Source of the DNA: Candidatus Moanibacter sp.
Lineage (GTDB): Bacteria; Verrucomicrobiota; Verrucomicrobiia; Opitutales; UBA2987
Direction of reading: 5' to 3'
DNA: 32,913 nucleotides
NCBI GenBank assembly: GCA_965215885.1
Contig: CBDCEW010000016.1
Coordinates: 1 to 32,913, forward strand
Part shown: positions 16,390 through 25,714 of the stretch, piece after piece
How the letters are laid out: each line of letters starts with the position of its first letter
How positions within the stretch are numbered: the stretch's first letter is position 1
Notes under the pieces: model-generated
The model's input: the letters and a program-made list of their open reading frames with translations, nothing else
Database searches by the model: none
Told to the model about the DNA's origin: nothing
Program-made: the position numbers and the translations under genes

Positions 16390-18763
16390 CAGACCTCACT
16401 ATATTGCCCCTCTAAAGGCACTATGCAATCGCAAGTTTAAATCCCGATTTTTTGCCCAGTCGGAAGATAATTCTTCGGCCTGAACCGTCGGGCATCAGTA
16501 AGGGCTTCTGATTGAGAGTTTGCAGATACTCAAGCACCACCGCCTGCACCCGAGGGGGATAAGTTGCGGTGGGGAATAAATGCGCTTCGACCGCACAGCC
16601 CCTCTCTATAAGAACGCCGTCACTGTGAGTCAAATTGCGAAACAGATCGTGGTCGTCACGATAGTTGTTGTAGCGAGCTTTAAAGGGTTCGAGCTGCTTG
16701 TAGAAGCTGTTACGGGCGAAGATTTTCAAGGCATCCATGAGGGACTTGTTAGCGGTGTCCAGGCGGACATAGTTTTCATCAATGAGGCGCTGCAGCCTCG
16801 AGCATTCGGTGTCGATTTGCTCCAGTTCGAGTTGGAGGGCTTTGAGGGCCTGATCGAGTCGACGGATCTTTTCGCCCCTTGAGGCGCTTTTGCCCGGGTG
16901 GGCATGCTCGGCCAGGAGCAGTCTTTTCAATTCTTCGGTGCATTGCTGTTTTTGCTTCAGGAGGGCTTTGGCGGCACCGCTTTTCTCCTGCTTGTCCTCA
17001 AGGTGTTGGGCTAATCGCTTGTAGTGGACGGTGCGATAAGAGGTGATCTGATTAATCCCAAAGTGCTTATCGAGGTATTTGAAGTCATTCTCCTGAATCC
17101 AGCGACTGAACATCCCTTTGATTACCTCTTCATTTCGGGCCTGCTGATCGGTCGCCAGGATGCTCACGGTAATGGTTCGATTTTTTGGATTGGTCGCCTC
17201 CACGATCCACTGCACCAGTTGAGGATTTTTCTTCCAGGGGCCCCGCTGATAGCGAAGATGATACTCCTGGAGATCTTCGGCATGGTTGCGCGCGCGCTGC
17301 AGGCGCAACTGCCCGTCGATCCGTTGGAGGGGCTGGGCGCTGGCCTTGTAACCTTTTTCCCAGGTAATGATTTCGAGTTGAGGGTGCTCCACGATGGCTT
17401 CGTAAAACCACTCCGCGGCGATCGCCCGGTCCACGTAAATGCTCACCTTCTTATCAGCCGGCAACTGCACCAGCTCGAGCATCGCTTCGCAGTTGGGGAT
17501 AAACCGTTCCCTTATATCCTCATAGTTGTCAGTGCTCGCAAAATAGACCGGATAGCCCTTGAGGGTATGAATAAAATCGCTGTGGAGCGCTTTGTCGGCC
17601 AGACGGATACCCGGACACCATCCCGCCAGCACCTTGCTCATTCCGGTGTAATGTTTGGTGTGCGGATCATAATAAAAGCTCTCTTCATCCGAAGCATTCA
17701 GGCCCCTCGCGTTCACTCTGAGGATCTCTCTTAAAAGCCCTTCATCGGCCAGGGCGCTAAGGCTTTGGCGTTGCAGATAGGGGGTATACAGGACTCGCCC
17801 GATGAGTTTTTGCAGGTCTTCGAGATCGAGCAGTTTGCTCTGCTCGATATTGACCGCGGCCAACAACCCGCAAGCCACCCATTGTTTCAAAAGCCAGCCC
17901 TCTTCGCGATCAATCTGAGCGACTTCTCTGAGCGCGGCACTGAACAGAAGTACTCCCAGGTGCCGATACCATTGCACCGCTTCGGAGCTCTCCCTCGAAA
18001 AATCGGGAGACTCCTTGCGATTGTCCCCTTCGCTTTCGGGGCTATTTTCTGCTTCTTGCTCCTGTTCGTCCCTCCCCGAGTCCTCCGGGCAATCCCAGGG
18101 AGTCTCCCGATTTTGCGCCCTCTCGGCTTCGGCCTCCTTTGCCCGGGCCTCTTTAAGCTCCTTAAAGACAGGGCGCAAAGTTTCCCCACTGAGGTTAACT
18201 CCGAACACCTCCTCGATCTCCCCCCGTATCTTCTTGCTGTAGCCATACCGACTCTCCCCATAGATCTGCCCGAAGCGCACCCGCACAAAACTCCGGATTT
18301 CCCTCGTCAATTTGCGATGAGCGCTGCGTCCCGCCAGCACTCGCGCTAAGGTCTCGGCATCTCCGCTTTGAAGCGCCTCCCCCCACCGCTTCATCGTTTT
18401 GGGGTCAACCTCAAATTGCTTCTCTAAGCGCCCTTTCTTCAACCCCGCATTGTAGAGGCGCCCCACCAATAGCTTGAATTCAACTTGCTCCCGATCGTCC
18501 TCTACGACTTCAAAAAGCTCATGCCCGTAATAGACGTGCAGTTTGCCTTCGCTCAGATCCCGATAGACCGTGATCGAGGGATTACCCTTGTCCACTCCAA
18601 GGATGCACTGTAAGAAGGTCTCTTCTTTGACGGTAGGTTTCTCCATTTTTCTTCGAATTTGATGGTTCGAAGATGAAGCCTACCGTTTTCTTTAGCTCTT
18701 AAAAGCCGGGAATTGTATCTGCGATTGCCCCCTGCCCGCCAACCCGCATGATAGCGAGTTCTG
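16390..18763 (-). mobile_element. Insertion sequence with large DDE transposase, 13-bp IRs, 5-bp TSD
   Basis: IRs CAGACCTCACTAT and (reverse complement) CAGAACTCGCTAT, 11/13. Direct repeat ATCTT at 16385-16389 and 18764-18768. Confidence 0.88.
16421..18646 (-). CDS. 741-aa putative DDE transposase (family uncertain)
   Basis: N-terminal HTH-like segment, acidic linker, candidate triad FYYDPH / IYVDRA / RWIQENDFKY, and a coiled-coil segment. Fills the IR/TSD-bounded element. Confidence 0.82.
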   Translation of the reverse strand: MEKPTVKEETFLQCILGVDKGNPSITVYRDLSEGKLHVYYGHELFEVVEDDREQVEFKLLVGRLYNAGLKKGRLEKQFEVDPKTMKRWGEALQSGDAETLARVLAGRSAHRKLTREIRSFVRVRFGQIYGESRYGYSKKIRGEIEEVFGVNLSGETLRPVFKELKEARAKEAEAERAQNRETPWDCPEDSGRDEQEQEAENSPESEGDNRKESPDFSRESSEAVQWYRHLGVLLFSAALREVAQIDREEGWLLKQWVACGLLAAVNIEQSKLLDLEDLQKLIGRVLYTPYLQRQSLSALADEGLLREILRVNARGLNASDEESFYYDPHTKHYTGMSKVLAGWCPGIRLADKALHSDFIHTLKGYPVYFASTDNYEDIRERFIPNCEAMLELVQLPADKKVSIYVDRAIAAEWFYEAIVEHPQLEIITWEKGYKASAQPLQRIDGQLRLQRARNHAEDLQEYHLRYQRGPWKKNPQLVQWIVEATNPKNRTITVSILATDQQARNEEVIKGMFSRWIQENDFKYLDKHFGINQITSYRTVHYKRLAQHLEDKQEKSGAAKALLKQKQQCTEELKRLLLAEHAHPGKSASRGEKIRRLDQALKALQLELEQIDTECSRLQRLIDENYVRLDTANKSLMDALKIFARNSFYKQLEPFKARYNNYRDDHDLFRNLTHSDGVLIERGCAVEAHLFPTATYPPRVQAVVLEYLQTLNQKPLLMPDGSGRRIIFRLGKKSGFKLAIA

Positions 18764-18812
18764 ATCTTAGTGCCGTTCGAGCAAGACTAGGAAATCTTAC
18801 AAGAATTTCCGG

Positions 18813-19637
18813 TTACGGTTTGAAGGCGGAGGCGAGGATGGCGGGCATGGGGAGATGGAGGACGCTATTTTTGAAGTAGGGCAGGAGGGCCTCTTTGATC
18901 GCGTCGTAGATGGATTTTAGTGCCTCCGGATTTTGAGCGTGAAGGGTGGGCCCGGTTCTTGCGGAACCGCGGGAGAAAGCTTCAATAAATGCTTTAGAGG
19001 AAGGGAGTGTCCAGGTCTGATCGATGCGTTGGATCTCAGGATCTATAAAGCCGGCCTTTCGCAGGGCGTTCTTGGAAATTTTGGAATCGCTGTATTGGAA
19101 GAATGGCGGACCCGGGGGGAGGGGAACATCGAGTGTTCCATGAGTTTCGATGGCGCCATAGACGATTCCATATGTCTTAGTGTCGGAAGGGGGAGCCCAG
19201 ACCGTAAAACCGATGCGCCCGCCGTGTCGCAAGACCCTGTGGGCCTCTGAGAGGGCTCGGTCAGGATCGCCGAAGTGCAACATTCCGAAGTTAATGGCTA
19301 AGGCATCAAAGGATCCGTCTTCGAACGGTAAATCGTCCGATTCGCCGCAAACGAATGAAGCTGTTGGCAAGAGACTGCGCGCTTTGGCGAGCATCTCCTC
19401 TGAGAAATCGACTCCGATGGTTTCAGATCCGCGCTTGAGGGCAGCTCCAACAACATAACCGGGGCCGGTTGCCACGTCCAGAAGGCGAGTGCCCTCTCCG
19501 GCCTGGACTGCATTCAGAAGCGGTTCGATTGCCTGACAGGTCAGGTCCGTCCAATACTGGTGATAGCTATCGGCGGCCTTTTGCCAGCGATCGTATTCGA
19601 AATCCCGAAATTCCTGGCTGATTCGGTCTACTCCCAC
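18813..19637 (-). CDS. Class I SAM-dependent methyltransferase
   Basis: Motifs LLDVATGPG, GVDFSEEM, LPFEDGSFD and RVLRHGG. The start overlaps the end of the upstream deaminase. Confidence 0.88.
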   Translation of the reverse strand: MGVDRISQEFRDFEYDRWQKAADSYHQYWTDLTCQAIEPLLNAVQAGEGTRLLDVATGPGYVVGAALKRGSETIGVDFSEEMLAKARSLLPTASFVCGESDDLPFEDGSFDALAINFGMLHFGDPDRALSEAHRVLRHGGRIGFTVWAPPSDTKTYGIVYGAIETHGTLDVPLPPGPPFFQYSDSKISKNALRKAGFIDPEIQRIDQTWTLPSSKAFIEAFSRGSARTGPTLHAQNPEALKSIYDAIKEALLPYFKNSVLHLPMPAILASAFKP

Positions 19638-21391
19638 CCGAGGATATTCTCCTTGAGTTCGAGCTTGGCGCCGTCGATATAGCCTTTATCGGAGAGTCGC
19701 ACTTCGGGAATGCAAACGATCGTCATAAAGCTGAGGAAGAGGTGAACTTCCGTGACCTGGGAACCGCGTTCGGCGCAATGATCGAGGAACTTCTGCTTTT
19801 CTTCGGCCAGCGCCCAAGCATCGAGATCCGTGAGAAGGCCGTATTGGTTCATCTGGATTTCCTGAATTACTTTACCGTCTTCGACCAGACAGAGACCGCC
19901 GTCGATTTCCGCAACGCGGTTTACGGCGAGTGCCATGTCGTCGAGATTCGGACCCATCACGACAATGTTGTGGCTGTCATGCCCCATGCTTGAGGCAACT
20001 GCCCCGCGGTTCATTCCAAAACCGCCGAGGAAGCCCCGGCCGATATTTCCGATTGCGTGGTGGCGTTCGACAACAGCAATATGGAGGATATCTTGTGTGG
20101 TGTCGCACCCGATATGCCTATTGGTAACCGGGAGGGTCGCTTCGAATCCCTCCGTATACGGGATCCACGGGAGTGTTTTCATGACGTGGACGCGCGCCTT
20201 TGTGGCGCCTTCCCTGGCTGGAACGCCGAGAATCTCGCCATCAATTCTGTCTCTGATATTGAAAGTGTTGTAGGCGACATCCGGGTGTTCGATCGTCTCC
20301 TTCGGTTCGAGATACTTACCGTCTTCCGCTACGACTCTACCTTTTGAGATCGTTTTCGTGACCCGAAAGTTCTCGGTGTCGTCGGATAGGAGTAGGATGT
20401 CGGCGAACCGGCCCGGTGCCAAATTTCCGATCTTGCGCTCCATGTGGAATGAATGGGCGGTATTGATCGTTACCATCTGCATCGCAGTCATGAAATCGAC
20501 GCCACATTTCATGGCTTCGCGGGCGAGGTAATCCATGTTACCGTCGTTCACGAGAGAGATGGCGTTGGTGTCATCGGTTACGAGGCAGATCAAGCGCGTG
20601 TCGATTTTATGGTCGAGCACTGTCTTGATGAGAATCTCCATTGTTGGGCAGACGAGGCTGTGGCGCAGATGGGTGTATATTCCCGCCCTTGCGCGAAGGA
20701 GGACGTCCTTTTCGTTAATGGATTCGTGATCGTTTGCTATGCCGATTGAGGCAAACCCGTTCCAGTCCGGACCGTAAGTTACAGGGCCGTGCCCCACCAT
20801 CGATTTTCGTTTCTCATTTGCGCCCGCTACGGAAGTGAGCAGATCTTCGTGTTCCTGGGATATGTAAAGTGAGACAACTTCACAGAGGCCAACCGCCTCG
20901 TCGCGATCCATCGCCGGGACGATTGTCTCCGAACCGAAATATGCGCCGCTCGATTCGAGGCCCGGGTTAAAGGGGATGTGGGAGGGCACGCACCACCACC
21001 AGCGAACGTAGGTTTCCTTGCCCTCGTCGAGGGCGGCATTGATGCCGTCCATGCCGCGGACAATTCCAATCTCATGAAAATCGGTGAAGACACTGGTGGT
21101 GCCGTGAGTAAGAACTACCTCTGAAAATCGCGTTACGCTGAGGCTGCTGCTTTCCGGATGGATGTGCCCTTCGAGAAATCCGGGGACTATGAGCTGGCCC
21201 TCCGCGTCGATTACCCTGGTTTGCTCTCCGACGGTGTAATCGACATCGCCGATGGCGATCACGGTTTCGCCAAGGCAGGCGACTCCGCCATCGTAAATTT
21301 CGCGCGTGTTGACGTTGACAAAGCGACCGTTCCTGACGACGAGGTCGGCTTTGCCTTTAGAGCGGGCGGCTTCCAGGACTTCGTGGTTCAT
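19628..21391 (-). CDS. Adenine deaminase-like amidohydrolase (COG1001 type), paralogue 1
   Basis: Motifs GHIHPESS, HGTT, HEI, GH, NDHE, VTDD, VVERH and HDSHN; C-terminal adenine-deaminase domain. Confidence 0.88.
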   Translation of the reverse strand: MNHEVLEAARSKGKADLVVRNGRFVNVNTREIYDGGVACLGETVIAIGDVDYTVGEQTRVIDAEGQLIVPGFLEGHIHPESSSLSVTRFSEVVLTHGTTSVFTDFHEIGIVRGMDGINAALDEGKETYVRWWWCVPSHIPFNPGLESSGAYFGSETIVPAMDRDEAVGLCEVVSLYISQEHEDLLTSVAGANEKRKSMVGHGPVTYGPDWNGFASIGIANDHESINEKDVLLRARAGIYTHLRHSLVCPTMEILIKTVLDHKIDTRLICLVTDDTNAISLVNDGNMDYLAREAMKCGVDFMTAMQMVTINTAHSFHMERKIGNLAPGRFADILLLSDDTENFRVTKTISKGRVVAEDGKYLEPKETIEHPDVAYNTFNIRDRIDGEILGVPAREGATKARVHVMKTLPWIPYTEGFEATLPVTNRHIGCDTTQDILHIAVVERHHAIGNIGRGFLGGFGMNRGAVASSMGHDSHNIVVMGPNLDDMALAVNRVAEIDGGLCLVEDGKVIQEIQMNQYGLLTDLDAWALAEEKQKFLDHCAERGSQVTEVHLFLSFMTIVCIPEVRLSDKGYIDGAKLELKENILGWE

Positions 21392-21465
21392 ATGCTATTT
21401 TTTCTGGAGGAGATTTACAGGATCAACAGGATGCTTCTATACCAAAGGTACCTTCGCCGAATCTA

Positions 21466-21650
21466 ATCGACAAGGTTCGGGACGAGGTTTGCTCCGCTGA
21501 GTTCGGAGCCCCGGCTTGCCGGGGTGACCGTGACGAACCCCTTAACAGTGAGGACATTTTTGATCGAATTGAGAATGAAACTCCGATTTCCCTGGTAACC
21601 TTGCATGCCTCGGCAAAGCGCAGCGGCGACGGGTCCCGAACCTTGTCGAT
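21466..21650. repeat. Element bounded by a perfect 18-bp inverted repeat
   Basis: ATCGACAAGGTTCGGGAC (21466-21483) and GTCCCGAACCTTGTCGAT (21633-21650), with internal GC hairpins. Confidence 0.8.
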
Positions 21651-21665
21651 CGCTAAATTCCAGAT

Positions 21666-21728
21666 TCGGCCGCAAGCGGCCTTCCTACAAAGACTTACGT
21701 TCGTCGTAGGAAGCTCGCTTGCGAGCGA
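21666..21728. repeat. GTAGGAAG-type REP doublet
   Basis: TCGGCCGCAAGCGGCCTTCCTAC ... GTAGGAAGCTCGCTTGCGAGCGA; each copy is GTAG plus a short hairpin. Confidence 0.75.
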
Positions 21729-21779
21729 TTTTTGCCATAAGTTAGTGCGAATCAGGATTCCTCCATTAAGAAATGATTC

Positions 21780-23546
21780 CTACTCCCAAGCAAGCACGGG
21801 ATCCATGATCTCCCATTTGATAGCATCGACATAGCCTTTGTCCGTAATTTTGTAGGCAGGAATGGGGACCAGAGTGAGGAAAGAGAGAAAGAGATGGGCT
21901 TCGGAGAGGGTACAACCCCGATCGGTACAGGCCTGAAGTAGCCTTTTCTTTTTGCCCGCCAGTTCCCATGGGTCGAGATCGCTCAAGAGACCGAACAGTG
22001 GCATCGCGATCTCTTCAATCGATTCACCGTCTTCTACCACACATACGCCGCCATCCATCTCGGCGACGCGCTTAACGGCCACCGCCATATCATCCGGATC
22101 TGACCCGACCACCGCGATATTGTGGTTGTCATGTGCCATGCTGGATGCGAGGGCTCCGGTCTTCATACCAAATCCTCCGACAAACCCTTTCCCTATGTTG
22201 CCAGTCGCCTGGTGGCGTTCGACGACTGCAATGTGCAAAATATCCTGATCGATATCGCACTGGATTGCGCCGTCCTTAACGCTCAGCGTAGCTTCCATAC
22301 CCTCGGTGACATAAGGCGTGAGCCTGAGGCATTTCATGACGTGGACCTTTGCACGAACGGCGCCATTGTTCGATGAAATCGTGAGATCCGGACCGGTAAT
22401 TTCACCTTTGATGTTGAAGGTGTTGAACATGATGGGATCGTGCTCTTCGTCGTGGATTTCCTTCAAATAGCGGCCGTTTTCCGCGACCAATTCCCCTTTC
22501 GCGATCGTTTTATCGACCTGGAAATCGGGGCTGTCGTCGGAGAGGATGAGGATGTCGGCGAGACGGCCGGGCGCCAGATTCCCTACGAGGCGTTCGGCGT
22601 GGTAGGATTGAGCAGGGTTAATCGTCACCATCTGCATCGCGGTGATGAAATCCACTCCATTCCTCATCGCCATTCGGGCGAGATAGTCGATGTGGCCTTC
22701 TTCCGTGAGCACGATCACATTGGTATCGTCAGTGACAAGACTGAACATACGCCGGTCCAGATTGTATTTCTCAACAGTTTTGAGAAGGTCCGGCAGGGTA
22801 GGACATATGAGACTGTGACGAAGGTGCGTATAGATGCCGTTTCGGGCACGTAATAGGACATCTTCCTCGTCGATCGCTTCATGATCGTTTGCGATTCCAA
22901 CAGATGCAAAAGCGTTCCAGTCGGTCCCTTTTGTCATGGGGCCGTGCCCAACCTGGGATTTGCGAATCTTATTGGCGGCGGCGATCGACTTCATGAGATC
23001 CGGGTGCTGTTCGAGGACGTAGTTGGAGACGACTTCGGAGAGCCCCCAGGCCTCCTCGCGAGCGAGAGCCGGAACGATAATCTCGGCATTAAAATAGCCC
23101 CCGCTCGTCTCGAGGTCGGGTGAAAAGGGTACGTGCGAAGGCACGATCCAGAAGAAATTCAGGTAGGTGTCCTTGACTTCGTCGAGCGCAGCCAGGACAC
23201 CGTCGAGCCCTCGCACGATGGCGATTTCGTGAAAATCGGAGAAGGTGCTGGTTGTGCCGTGGACGAGCACGACCTGGGCAAACCTTCGCGGGCTGAGGTT
23301 GCTGCTCTCCGGATGAATGTGACCCTCGATAAACCCGGGCACGATGAATTTTCCCTCAGCGTCGATCGTATTTGTCTGTTCGCCCCGCGTGTAGTCGACA
23401 TCGCCGACGGCGATGATATGTTTTCCGAAGCAGGCCACGCCACCCTCGTAAATCTCTCGTGTGTTCACGTTTACGATCCGGCCGTTTTCAACGATAAGAT
23501 CGGCTTTCCCTTCGGACTTCGCGGCGATTAATACTTCCCTGTTCAT
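21780..23546 (-). CDS. Adenine deaminase-like amidohydrolase, paralogue 2
   Basis: Same motif set as paralogue 1 (GHIHPESS, NDHE, VTDD, HDNHN) and colinear with it over the full length. Confidence 0.88.
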   Translation of the reverse strand: MNREVLIAAKSEGKADLIVENGRIVNVNTREIYEGGVACFGKHIIAVGDVDYTRGEQTNTIDAEGKFIVPGFIEGHIHPESSNLSPRRFAQVVLVHGTTSTFSDFHEIAIVRGLDGVLAALDEVKDTYLNFFWIVPSHVPFSPDLETSGGYFNAEIIVPALAREEAWGLSEVVSNYVLEQHPDLMKSIAAANKIRKSQVGHGPMTKGTDWNAFASVGIANDHEAIDEEDVLLRARNGIYTHLRHSLICPTLPDLLKTVEKYNLDRRMFSLVTDDTNVIVLTEEGHIDYLARMAMRNGVDFITAMQMVTINPAQSYHAERLVGNLAPGRLADILILSDDSPDFQVDKTIAKGELVAENGRYLKEIHDEEHDPIMFNTFNIKGEITGPDLTISSNNGAVRAKVHVMKCLRLTPYVTEGMEATLSVKDGAIQCDIDQDILHIAVVERHQATGNIGKGFVGGFGMKTGALASSMAHDNHNIAVVGSDPDDMAVAVKRVAEMDGGVCVVEDGESIEEIAMPLFGLLSDLDPWELAGKKKRLLQACTDRGCTLSEAHLFLSFLTLVPIPAYKITDKGYVDAIKWEIMDPVLAWE

Positions 23547-23653
23547 GGTTGTGTTGATTTCAAACGGTACGTGTTTAGTGTGATGTTTACTCCTTTAGTT
23601 CGATGTATTCGGGAAGGGGGCAAGCCTTATCAGTGGATTCCGCTGAAAATTGC

Positions 23654-23726
23654 CCACGTTCTTGCGAACGCGGCTACAAAGTTTCGTAAGGCGTTGATAT
23701 TCGTAGCCGCGTTCGCAAGAACGTGG
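23654..23726. repeat. GTAGCC-type REP doublet
   Basis: Perfect 24-bp IR: CCACGTTCTTGCGAACGCGGCTAC and GTAGCCGCGTTCGCAAGAACGTGG. Confidence 0.85.
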
Positions 23727-23931
23727 TCCAGGACTCTGAAACAACCACTTCTCCGGTAAATCATCCTTCTTGTGAGGTTTCGGACGGCAGGTTGACCCCA
23801 AAGATGAAATAAACTCGCAAGAACTTTAAGTCCATAAGCAATCGCTCCAAATAATAACTACAATCGGTTCCTGTTACAGTGGATCTGATTTACGCTAATC
23901 ACTGACTCCATATAGATGCAAACGTAAACCT

Positions 23932-24019
23932 AGGAATCTGTCGGACTCATAATTCCTGATCCCGGCACGCCGGGAGTGACGGATCGAAATTCCGACCCAA
24001 ATGAGACCGACAGATTCCT
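23932..24019. mobile_element. MITE-like element (AGGAATCTGTCGG ends)
   Basis: Terminal IRs AGGAATCTGTCGGACTCAT and ATGAGACCGACAGATTCCT, 18/19. The same end motif occurs at 25465, 28773 and 30421/30519. Confidence 0.65.
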
Positions 24020-24021
24020 TT

Positions 24022-24107
24022 CTAGTCCCGGCTGGCCGGGATCGAAATGAAACCGAGTAACTCTTTCGAAAGAGGCATAAAGTCCGATCCCGGCCTGCCG
24101 GGACTAG
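24022..24107. repeat. 86-bp CTAG-bounded inverted-repeat element overlapping the amidohydrolase stop
   Basis: Arms 24022-24044 and 24085-24107 match 22/23. Central palindrome CTCTTTCGAAAGAG. Confidence 0.75.
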
Positions 24108-25462
24108 ACCCAGTTAAAACGTTTCGGCAGTTTGATTCCAGCGCGCTCGCGAATCTCTGCGGCGCGACGGGCGGCCTCCTCAAGAAGCGCGTCCAAATCG
24201 ATCTGAGTGAGATTACGATCCCGCATGAGCCATACGCCGTTGCACATGGTGCTCTCGATATTGTGAGGCTTCATGCTGAAAACCATATTCGAAATTGGAT
24301 CGTGCATGGGCTGCATTTCAGGCGAAAGGGGATTGATGACACACAGATCGGCCATTTTTCCTGTTTCAATGCTGCCGATTTCCTTTTCGAGGCCAACGCA
24401 GCGAGCGGCGTCGATCGTGATCATTTCGAGAATCTTCTCAGCCGGCATGACGCGCGAGTCCTGTTTTCGTCCCTTCTGCAGAACAGCGGCGAGGAAGATC
24501 TCATCGATGAGGCTGTTTCGGCAGTTGGAAGGTGCGCCATCGGTGGCGATAGAAACGGTGATGCCTTTATCCACCATTTCTACGATTGGTGAAAGCCCCA
24601 TGACGCGTAAGGCGGCGGCAGGATTGTGGGAGACCTTCACGTCGTTTTCCACGAAGAGGTCCATCTCCTCTTCGTCGAGTCCCTGGCAGTGGACGGCGAG
24701 AAACCTCGGGCCCAGCAATCCGAGCCGATGAAGATGCCGAACGGTCGTTGTTCCTCGGGAAGCCGTTATGATCTCATGCTCGGCGGGGCCTTCCGCGACG
24801 TGCATATGCACCCAGGTATCGAGTTTTTCGGCTGAGGCGACCGTCTTTTCCACGAGTTCATCCGAATTGTTCATGAGGGTGCGCAATCCCAGAAACCACT
24901 GTACACGACCCTCCGCGGCGCCGTTAAACCGCTGGTGGGCCGCTTCCTGAATGCTGATGCATTGGTCGGGCGTGAGCTGCCAGGCTTCGGGAAGACCGTC
25001 ACCGCAATCCATGATCGAGTAACAGAGTTGGGAGCGCATACCGAGTTCACTGATTCCCCGGACGGTTGCTTCGGGGTGGTGCATACCGGCGTCGCACATG
25101 GTCGTGACGCCATTGCGAATCTGCTCGACGCCCGTCATGAGGGTATTGATGTAACTGTCTTCAGGGTGCAGGTTACTTTCGTAAGGCCAGATTCTGTCGT
25201 GCAGCCAGGTGAGTATGTCGACATCGTCACTCAGACCGCGAGCCAACTGTTGCACCACGTGAACGTGAGAGTTGATCAGACCGGGAAGGATGTAACGGCC
25301 GCGCAGATCGATCACGTCTTCCTCCGGTGAAGGCGCCCATTTGCTGGAAGGGACGATTTCTTTGATGGAATCACCTTCAACGATGAGGACGTGATTGGTG
25401 AGGACCCGGCGGTCGGGATCCATCGTGATAATTGGGGCGTTCTTAAGGCTTGTGCGTTTCAT
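24104..25462 (-). CDS. Amidohydrolase, MtaD/TrzA/AtzA-like nucleobase deaminase family
   Basis: Motifs PGLINSHVH (HxH), RNGVTT, HMHVAE (HxxE), AVHC, SHNP, ATDG and GSIETGKMAD. Confidence 0.88.
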   Translation of the reverse strand: MKRTSLKNAPIITMDPDRRVLTNHVLIVEGDSIKEIVPSSKWAPSPEEDVIDLRGRYILPGLINSHVHVVQQLARGLSDDVDILTWLHDRIWPYESNLHPEDSYINTLMTGVEQIRNGVTTMCDAGMHHPEATVRGISELGMRSQLCYSIMDCGDGLPEAWQLTPDQCISIQEAAHQRFNGAAEGRVQWFLGLRTLMNNSDELVEKTVASAEKLDTWVHMHVAEGPAEHEIITASRGTTTVRHLHRLGLLGPRFLAVHCQGLDEEEMDLFVENDVKVSHNPAAALRVMGLSPIVEMVDKGITVSIATDGAPSNCRNSLIDEIFLAAVLQKGRKQDSRVMPAEKILEMITIDAARCVGLEKEIGSIETGKMADLCVINPLSPEMQPMHDPISNMVFSMKPHNIESTMCNGVWLMRDRNLTQIDLDALLEEAARRAAEIRERAGIKLPKRFNWV

Positions 25463-25571
25463 CTTAGGAATCTGTCGGAAATCGGAGTCTTAAGCCGTCT
25501 CTTCGATGCGAATTGCGAAGATATGCTCTGGAATCGGATTAGCAACAAGTGGTGAAAAAATGGCCTTAATT

Positions 25572-25697
25572 GGCCACAGAGAAACACCGAGAAGCCTAGC
25601 TCAGCGGGATTGCGTCTCTACTGCGCTAAGCAATCTGGGGTCGCTTTCTTTTGCGTTCTCCGTGTGCCTTTGTGGTTCTCGGTGTTGCTCTGTGACC
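25572..25697. repeat. CACAGAG-type inverted repeat element, same family as 11908-12545
   Basis: Arms 25572-25593 and 25676-25697 match 20/22. The right arm TGTGGTTCTCGGTG(T/G)TGCTCTGTGACCCCTC matches the copy at ~12520-12550 at 30/31. Confidence 0.8.
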
Positions 25698-25714
25698 CCT
25701 CTTTTATCTCGATT

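Noticed and set aside
25530..25545. Sigma-54-like TGGAATCGGATTAGCA
   Set aside because: It is on the opposite strand to the neighbouring genes and matches the consensus poorly.
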